In this document: positions 58,633 through 64,000 of the stretch, in pieces
Numbering within the stretch: the stretch's first letter is position 1
How the letters are laid out: each line of letters opens with the position of its first letter
NCBI GenBank assembly: GCA_964603585.1
Contig: CAZRVK010000002.1
Coordinates: 28,282-92,281 of the forward strand
Direction: 5' to 3'
Source: an uncultured Planctomycetales bacterium
GTDB lineage: Bacteria; Omnitrophota; Gorgyraeia; Gygaellales; Profunditerraquicolaceae
Length of the DNA stretch: 64,000 nucleotides
Program-made: the position numbers and the translations under genes
Notes under the pieces: generated by a model
Database searches by the model: none
Seen by the model: the letters and a program-made list of their open reading frames with translations, nothing else
What the model was told of the DNA's origin: nothing

Positions 58633-58896
58633 ATGCCAAGACGCAGAAGTTCAATAAAAAGAAGCCGGGTGGATGAAAAGAAACACCTGCGTAATGTCCG
58701 GGTAAAAACCCGCTTAAAGAAAACATTAAAGAAATTCCAAGGATTATTAGCTGCTAAAAACAGCGCTGAAGCTAAAGCCTTTATGCATAAAGTGTTTTCC
58801 GAGTTAGACAAAGCAGCAAAAAAGAAAATCATTCACTCCAAGACTGCTGATCGTAAGAAATCTCGTATAGCCTTAAGCCTTAAAAAGGCCGCATAA
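58633..58896 (+). CDS. rpsT: 30S ribosomal protein bS20.
   Basis: MPRRRSSIKRSRVDEKKHLRNVRVKTRLKKTLKKF. Strong SD (AAGGAGAAG). Confidence 0.9.
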   Translation: MPRRRSSIKRSRVDEKKHLRNVRVKTRLKKTLKKFQGLLAAKNSAEAKAFMHKVFSELDKAAKKKIIHSKTADRKKSRIALSLKKAA

Positions 58897-59553
58897 ATTC
58901 ATTACCAGCCTTTCTAAAGCAAACTCCGGTTTTATTTTGCTGGTTTTTATATCCAAATCACAGGCCAAGAGAAGCTTAAGCCTTCTCTTGGTTTCCGCAG
59001 AGCTTGTGTTATCCCTTTCGCAGGAATAACGCAACCCGCCTAAAATGAGTTCCGGTTTTTGACCGTCCTTTAAAAGCTGATTTAGGACCTTTAACGCAGC
59101 TCCCGGAGGGCCGAGTTTTATCTGGTCAAAAAGCAGAAAAGCAGATGGATGTTCAACGGACTTAAAATGGTATACTTGCGCATACTTGGAAACAGTATTG
59201 ATAAATTCATCCCGGGATAAGGCAAGGCCTGCATCTAAAACCAAACTGATCTGGGGATAAGGCTTTTTAAAATAACGCAGAAGGTACTCCTTAACATCTG
59301 GGCGCAGGCTTTGGGCATCTTTGATCAACAATAACCTTGCCTGTCCCGCGCCAGGCAAGGCAATCAGGCGTTCCTGTAAAGTTTTCAGGTGTAATTCCCT
59401 GGCGTAGAGGATATCAAAATTAAAATCCTGGGTATCGCGGCTAAAACATGACTGTTTTATTTTCTGCAGGGTAATTTCTTTTTGAGAGGCACCTGTATCG
59501 CTGATAATATCCTGTCCAATAAACAGATGGATCATTAACGAGTTATTCACCAC
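58873..59553 (-). CDS. holA: DNA polymerase III delta subunit (HolA)-like. Short form.
   Basis: N-terminal clamp-loader delta-like pattern (IHLFIGQD..., LLLIKDAQSL). Conserved leuS-lptE-holA-type synteny with the upstream LptE-like gene. Shorter than E. coli HolA. Confidence 0.5.
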   Translation of the reverse strand: MVNNSLMIHLFIGQDIISDTGASQKEITLQKIKQSCFSRDTQDFNFDILYARELHLKTLQERLIALPGAGQARLLLIKDAQSLRPDVKEYLLRYFKKPYPQISLVLDAGLALSRDEFINTVSKYAQVYHFKSVEHPSAFLLFDQIKLGPPGAALKVLNQLLKDGQKPELILGGLRYSCERDNTSSAETKRRLKLLLACDLDIKTSKIKPEFALERLVMNLCGLFKA

Positions 59554-60116
59554 TGCTCTACAGTACGTTCGACAATCCTGCGGGCAAGGTCAGCAACAGC
59601 TTCATTTATAGCGGTAGATTCAGGCTTGGCCAAAGACCCGATCACGAAATAAGAATACTGGCCAGTAAAACCATCCTCCTTCCAGATAAGCGAACCATTC
59701 TTATTATCGATAAGCTTGATATTCACTACTAAATTCAGCCTGTATTCCGCAACATCATTGCTATCCGTATACCTTAACGGGTCGCGCCGGAAATCAATCA
59801 ATTCCCCTATTAAAACCACATCCGCCGCCTCCTTAGATACCGGCTTTAGATTACCGTCAAAAAGATATTTATTATTTACCGATTTGGTAATATCGGTTTC
59901 CAGTAATGGCCGGGAAACTTTATATTTATTGCCGGTATAAGAATCATTAGTAATATCTATCTTATTCACAAAAGGGGTAATATATATCCGCTGGTATTTA
60001 CTGGAGATCATCGAACGCGTTGTATAACCGCAGCCGGAAAGGCATGCCCCACAGGCCATAAACAGCAGGCTCAAAACCAAGAAACCGATACTTTTTACTG
60101 CTATCTTCCTCTTCAT
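59547..60116 (-). CDS. lptE: LPS-assembly lipoprotein LptE-like.
   Basis: Lipoprotein signal with lipobox (LSGCGYT). About 190 aa. Located immediately upstream of holA as in many diderms. I set the start at the internal MKRKIAVK. Confidence 0.5.
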   Translation of the reverse strand: MKRKIAVKSIGFLVLSLLFMACGACLSGCGYTTRSMISSKYQRIYITPFVNKIDITNDSYTGNKYKVSRPLLETDITKSVNNKYLFDGNLKPVSKEAADVVLIGELIDFRRDPLRYTDSNDVAEYRLNLVVNIKLIDNKNGSLIWKEDGFTGQYSYFVIGSLAKPESTAINEAVADLARRIVERTVEQW

Positions 60117-61054
60117 TTTTTCTTCTCCAACTCCTCTAAACGCAACTTTGCCTTTTGGGCCCATTCCGTATCAAAATAATTATCAATGGTATCCTGATAA
60201 TATATCTTAGCGGCTTCATAAGCCTTTTGCTTTTCATAGAAACCGGCGATCTCATAATTACTCTTTGCTTCTTTCGCCTTCAACTCCTGAATGTTCTTTT
60301 CCGCCTCACTGGATAAAACTGCGTCCGGATGCTCTTTAATAAACTCCTCAAACTTCTGTTTTGCGTCCCCAGCTGCCCCCTGGTCATATTCCGGACCGCG
60401 CGATAAAGCTGCCCGGCAGGAAGCAATTTGAAATTTCGCCGGTTCTACCCATTCACTATCCGGATACTTAGAGATCACATTACTAAAAGCATCTTCGGCT
60501 TCATAGAATCTGCTTAAACCCTTAAGCACCAGGCCCAGCTTATATTGTGTTTTGGCAGCAAGCGGGCCATACGTAGAATTTTCAATCACCTTATTGAATA
60601 TTTCTATCGCCGGGTTTTCTACCGGTAACGCCATCCCCAAAGCCTTGCGTTTAGCACCTGCCATGAAAGCCTCGCCGATCTTATATTCCTTCTCTATGAT
60701 CTCCTGAACCCTTTGTGAAAAAGGATATTTATCAATTACTTTTTGATAATCCTGGAAGGCTTCATACAAATTATCCTGCGCCTCATTAATCAGCCCAAGA
60801 TAATACTGTGCTTCTGAAGCTTCAAATGATTTCGGGTAATGCTGGACCAGTTTTTTCATTTCTTTCTTGGCCTCTTCATAACTCTTGATATCATAAAGGC
60901 TTTTAGCAAAATCAAACTGCTCTTTTGGGGTAGGTTTGACTGCGGTCTTTGGATTGATCCACTTTTTAGTCTTGGGAGTCCAGATCCAGTAAGGATAAGC
61001 AGTATTAGCCGTAAAGGCAAAAACAATAATCAGACACAAAAGTATACGTCTCAT
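60113..61054 (-). CDS. TPR-repeat periplasmic protein, BamD/YbgF-like.
   Basis: Signal peptide. Multiple TPR-like Y..A...Y..G pairs (YYLGLINEAQDNLYEAFQDYQKVIDKYP..., AKTQYKLGLVL...AEDAFSNVISKYPDSEW). Confidence 0.6.
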   Translation of the reverse strand: MRRILLCLIIVFAFTANTAYPYWIWTPKTKKWINPKTAVKPTPKEQFDFAKSLYDIKSYEEAKKEMKKLVQHYPKSFEASEAQYYLGLINEAQDNLYEAFQDYQKVIDKYPFSQRVQEIIEKEYKIGEAFMAGAKRKALGMALPVENPAIEIFNKVIENSTYGPLAAKTQYKLGLVLKGLSRFYEAEDAFSNVISKYPDSEWVEPAKFQIASCRAALSRGPEYDQGAAGDAKQKFEEFIKEHPDAVLSSEAEKNIQELKAKEAKSNYEIAGFYEKQKAYEAAKIYYQDTIDNYFDTEWAQKAKLRLEELEKKK

Positions 61055-61065
61055 AAGGTGTTATA

Positions 61066-61094
61066 AATTTATCATACCAACGGAGTTTTGTCAA
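61066..61094 (-). promoter_or_regulatory. Candidate sigma70-like promoter (TTGACA, 17 nt, TAAATT) for the TPR/BamD-like gene.
   Basis: The minus strand reads TTGACAaaactccgttggtatgaTAAATT, with the -10 ending about 11 nt before the ATG (near-leaderless). Confidence 0.2.
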
Positions 61095-61141
61095 ATATAA
61101 ACCGCGCAAAACCACTCCTCCGCAGTAAACAGAAAATCCGC

Positions 61142-62026
61142 TTAAACCGGCAAATCAGCAGGTAAGCTCTTTTTGAGATACCTGTTGATATTAGCCTTTT
61201 TGCCCTGACCAACAAGAGAATTGCAAACCCAGCAATCAGCCCTTTTTTCATCCCGGCAATCTCTGAATACCCCGCGCATCCCTTTATAAGTCACTCTGCG
61301 GTTAGGTAAACGCAGCCCGGTCACCAGCATTAAAAACTCCGTTACCGCCAATCCAGCAATCACCCCATTCAAAGAAATGACCGCCGGGTCTGGAATCCCC
61401 GGGCCTAACCCGTACCCAATTTTCTTCCGGTAGATCTTCTCTGTGGGGCTCTCCAGCTCCTGCCGGGCTGTTTCCAGGTCGATCTGGCCGGCGCATAATA
61501 AACAAAAATCTCCCGGGCAGGCTACGATCACCCTGCCGCCAAATTCCTGAAAATCATGCCGGTTGATTATTTCCGCCGCCGAATCGATCAAGGTTTTATT
61601 ATATGCGGCGGCCACCTCCGTAAGGATCAAACGCGCGCTATCATTATCCACACAGCCAAAGATTATTCCGGGCAGACGGGATAAACAATCCAGAGACTCT
61701 TGCTCCCGTAAATTTTTAAAGACCGCTTTTATCCTCGCTTTGGGGTTAATGGAATGGATTACTTTCTTTGCAACCTCGATTTTCGGGGTTTTGGCCCTTG
61801 CCTGTTTCAAGGATGCTCCAACCAGGCGGTTCAAATTCGATTTTTCTACAATATCATCATCGATTAAAAGAAAATCCCCTACCCCCAAATATGCCAGCAT
61901 CTGCACAATAAGAGAACCTGTCCCGCCCAAACCGACAACACCTACTTTAGCCTGAAGGATCTTTTTCTGGCCATTTTTTCCGAACGCCAATATCTGACGG
62001 GAAAACCTATCCTGATGCATACTCAT
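61142..62026 (-). CDS. E1-like ThiF/MoeB/HesA-family adenylyltransferase (the E1 of a Ubl conjugation operon).
   Basis: VGVVGLGGTGSLIVQMLAYLGVGDFLLIDDDIVEKSNLNRL (Rossmann/ATP motif). Two CxxC pairs (FCLLCAG, DCWVC). Confidence 0.8.
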   Translation of the reverse strand: MSMHQDRFSRQILAFGKNGQKKILQAKVGVVGLGGTGSLIVQMLAYLGVGDFLLIDDDIVEKSNLNRLVGASLKQARAKTPKIEVAKKVIHSINPKARIKAVFKNLREQESLDCLSRLPGIIFGCVDNDSARLILTEVAAAYNKTLIDSAAEIINRHDFQEFGGRVIVACPGDFCLLCAGQIDLETARQELESPTEKIYRKKIGYGLGPGIPDPAVISLNGVIAGLAVTEFLMLVTGLRLPNRRVTYKGMRGVFRDCRDEKRADCWVCNSLVGQGKKANINRYLKKSLPADLPV

Positions 62027-62496
62027 TAATTAATGATCCTGATCTCGCTTATCGGTAAAGGCTCCTTCTTCATCGGTAGCCAAACCTGCCCGGTAACATC
62101 ATTCTCGGTCCATACCAGCGCACCATAGATCTTACCCGGGAGCTTCCACCAGACATACTCTATAAATTCATTTAAACCATATTTATCGCTTGAAGACAAC
62201 TGGGCGACGCCAAAGGTACAATGCGAATGGCATTCAACCAAATCATGGTTGTTTCGCCTGGCCATAAGCATGATCTTTACTTTTTCCTTTTCTTTTAATT
62301 CAAGATGAAAACTGCTTTGGTAGTCCCAGCGGTCATTTTTTATGAGATGAATATGTTTTATATTCAAATTTATTACCCCGCCGTTTATCTGGGTATCCGA
62401 AAATAAAAAACAGCCCTGCTCATTTGCATCTTTAAAAAGATGCGGTTTTATCAAACGATAAACCCTTCTGGGGATGGAAAGTAAGACAACCATCAA
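62026..62496 (-). CDS. JAB/MPN+ (JAMM) metalloprotease (deubiquitinase-like).
   Basis: JAMM motif ECHSHCTFGVAQLSSSD (HxH...S..D). Upstream Glu. Confidence 0.65.
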   Translation of the reverse strand: MMVVLLSIPRRVYRLIKPHLFKDANEQGCFLFSDTQINGGVINLNIKHIHLIKNDRWDYQSSFHLELKEKEKVKIMLMARRNNHDLVECHSHCTFGVAQLSSSDKYGLNEFIEYVWWKLPGKIYGALVWTENDVTGQVWLPMKKEPLPISEIRIIN

Positions 62497-62879
62497 TCAG
62501 CCTCGCGCAGCCTTAGGTTAACCGCTTTAATGAAAGATACCAGGTTATCTGCCTTATGATAATCATCCACTGGCCGCCAGATCTCCGGATGCCAGGAGAA
62601 ATAACCCCAGCTCCCACCCACCGGGACATTCATGTGCTCATTGTAGTTAGAAGGGAAATTGCCGTTAACAAGCCTTAATCCAACCTCGACATAAAAACAA
62701 TCCGGTGCGACATGAGGGTAGGTAAGCGGGATCAAAAACAGCAATTTTGTACTTTTACGGTTATATCCGTTCGGCAGAGGGAAATCCGGGATCATCACCC
62801 AATCGTAATTTGCGCCATGCTCAAGATCAGGATACTTCTCTTTTAAAACCGCTATCTCCTGTATGGCTCTTTCTTGCAA
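62493..62879 (-). CDS. E2-like (UBC-fold) ubiquitin-conjugating enzyme homologue.
   Basis: YPHVAPDCFYV resembles the HPN...C catalytic segment of UBC enzymes. About 128 aa. Positioned between the Ubl and JAB genes, overlapping the JAB start by 4 nt. Confidence 0.55.
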   Translation of the reverse strand: MQERAIQEIAVLKEKYPDLEHGANYDWVMIPDFPLPNGYNRKSTKLLFLIPLTYPHVAPDCFYVEVGLRLVNGNFPSNYNEHMNVPVGGSWGYFSWHPEIWRPVDDYHKADNLVSFIKAVNLRLREAD

Positions 62880-62881
62880 AC

Positions 62882-63127
62882 TTATCCTCGCCTAAATCTG
62901 GGAGCCCGGCCATATCTATGCCCTAGTTTCAATAAAACCGTATCGGTATCGGCAAGAGTTCTCTCTGTGCCATCGGGAAACTCTTCTACAACCGGTAGAT
63001 CCGGAGGTAAGCTGGCTAATTCACGCATCTGCTTGACCGTAATGATCTTGCCGTCCCATGGCCACTCTACTCCTTCGATATTAACATAAAATTCCTTTGC
63101 TGCAGCCTTTTGTTTCGCCCGCGCCAT
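62882..63127 (-). CDS. Ubiquitin-like beta-grasp protein (81 aa) ending in a C-terminal Gly.
   Basis: MARAKQKAAAKEFYVNIEGVE...ITVKQMRELASLP...TVLLKLGHRYGRAPRFRRG, terminating with G. Size and position match the Ubl of E1-E2-JAB operons. Confidence 0.5.
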   Translation of the reverse strand: MARAKQKAAAKEFYVNIEGVEWPWDGKIITVKQMRELASLPPDLPVVEEFPDGTERTLADTDTVLLKLGHRYGRAPRFRRG

Positions 63128-63148
63128 AGCCGTTACCTCCTTTTAAAT

Positions 63149-63715
63149 TCATTCCCTGACAAACTTATCGCTTGCCCAAACCCAAGTTTCCCAATCCGGG
63201 ATAAGATTTGGGGAATAATTGCGCTGAAAAACCTTGCCGATCCTTATCCGGGGGATCACCAAAAAATCGGTTTCTATCCCATATTCGCTGGAGGCATAAA
63301 ATATTTTCGACAGCTTATTGTTCCGCAGATGATAAATGGCTATACACGAAAGGTCATCCTCCCCTTCAAAAGTAACCACCAGCCTTTCCTGCTGATCAAG
63401 ATTTAATTCGGTGAATTCGATTTTTTTTATCTTGCCGGGGACGGTTATCCGGTCTATCTCCGGGCTTTTGGCATTTTTCTTGACGGTCACAATGGTAATG
63501 CCGTCTGTGGCGGTTTTATCTTCACTTTCAACAAGCTCTTTGTTGCCATCACCATCCAGGTCCGCAGCATATTTCTTAAAAAGTGACTTGTCGGCTTTAT
63601 TAGCAGAGGATTTGTTCTGGGTGGCACAACCAGAAACCAGGAAAAATACTGAAACTAAAACGGCCAGGGGAATTGATTTCACCACTGCTCCTTCTGTCTT
63701 ATACCGCTTAAACAT
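63149..63715 (-). CDS. Lipoprotein, hypothetical.
   Basis: Signal plus lipobox LVSGCATQ. No recognised domain. Confidence 0.5.
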   Translation of the reverse strand: MFKRYKTEGAVVKSIPLAVLVSVFFLVSGCATQNKSSANKADKSLFKKYAADLDGDGNKELVESEDKTATDGITIVTVKKNAKSPEIDRITVPGKIKKIEFTELNLDQQERLVVTFEGEDDLSCIAIYHLRNNKLSKIFYASSEYGIETDFLVIPRIRIGKVFQRNYSPNLIPDWETWVWASDKFVRE

Positions 63716-63998
63716 CTTTCAAGGCCTGGGGGTGGATGTCCGAGCAAATAAATTGCGCCGCTTTCTTTAACAGAGATCTCAAATTATCCAATTCCAGGAT
63801 ATCTTCTGCCCGGGATAAGCTAAGCCACCGGAAATCAGCAATTTCTTCTTTATCCACAGTTATTTCACTGCTTGATGTTTGCGCCAGAAAATACACTGCA
63901 TGCTTTTCTATAACCTGCCCGGCAAACGGCGGCCTTTTACTTATGGTGTTATAAACCATTTCTTCTCGAAAGTTCGGGATAAATTCCACTTGGCGCAA
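63708..63998 (-). CDS. Hypothetical protein, possibly the C-terminal part of a NUDIX-like hydrolase. Likely 5'-partial at the window edge.
   Basis: EIADFRWLSLSRAEDILE resembles the C-terminal region of Nudix proteins. The ORF runs to the end of the window. Confidence 0.3.
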   Translation of the reverse strand: MRQVEFIPNFREEMVYNTISKRPPFAGQVIEKHAVYFLAQTSSSEITVDKEEIADFRWLSLSRAEDILELDNLRSLLKKAAQFICSDIHPQALKDV

Positions 63999-64000
63999 TC

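Noticed and set aside
1-64000. Looked for CRISPR arrays, IS/transposase genes, integrases and rRNA/tRNA genes.
   Set aside because: No regularly spaced direct repeats, no transposase or integrase motifs, and no tRNA-like or rRNA-like conserved segments were recognised by eye. The accessory cluster shows no obvious mobile-element boundaries inside the window.

Overview
This window reads as a low-GC (about 40-42%) fragment of an uncultivated diderm bacterium. Housekeeping and envelope genes present include lnt, secA, prfB, pilT, murJ, rpsT, lptE, a BamD-like gene and an LpxL-like gene, which is why I infer a diderm.

The first roughly 35 kb (coordinates about 800-35,500) form one large, mostly unidirectional (minus-strand) accessory supercluster. 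Its gene content is what stands out:
- Eleven paralogous class-B (cobalamin-binding) radical SAM enzymes.
- At least five or six large polytopic GT-C-fold-like membrane glycosyltransferases: one YfhO-like, one GT39/ArnT-like with a DEA motif, three close paralogues and one or two other polytopic proteins.
- Two tandem U32-family (UbiV/RlhA-type) putative O2-independent hydroxylases.
- One class I SAM methyltransferase.
- A GT9 heptosyltransferase-like enzyme.
- Several unknown membrane proteins.

The cluster abuts an isoprenoid module: a squalene/phytoene synthase-family gene, ispH and a CrtI-family FAD oxidoreductase, plus an unannotated 58-aa ORF. I read the whole unit as a candidate, apparently undescribed, anaerobic tailoring pathway for a polyprenyl/isoprenoid-linked lipid or glycan, with radical C-methylation or cyclisation, anaerobic hydroxylation and lipid-linked glycosylation. 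The chemistry cannot be assigned from sequence alone.

Other notable features:
- A 4-gene Ubl-E2-JAB-E1 (Bil-like bacterial ubiquitination-like) operon at 61.1-63.1 kb.
- The prfB programmed +1 frameshift, which the ORF track splits into two ORFs.
- A 26-aa bTHX-like ribosomal micro-ORF.
- A partial radical SAM (likely SPASM-type) gene at the window start, preceded by a Lys-rich 27-aa micro-ORF and an intrinsic terminator.
- A UvrC lacking the (HhH)2 domain.
- A stand-alone TrpB2.

I could not recognise any rRNA, tRNA, CRISPR array or transposase by eye.
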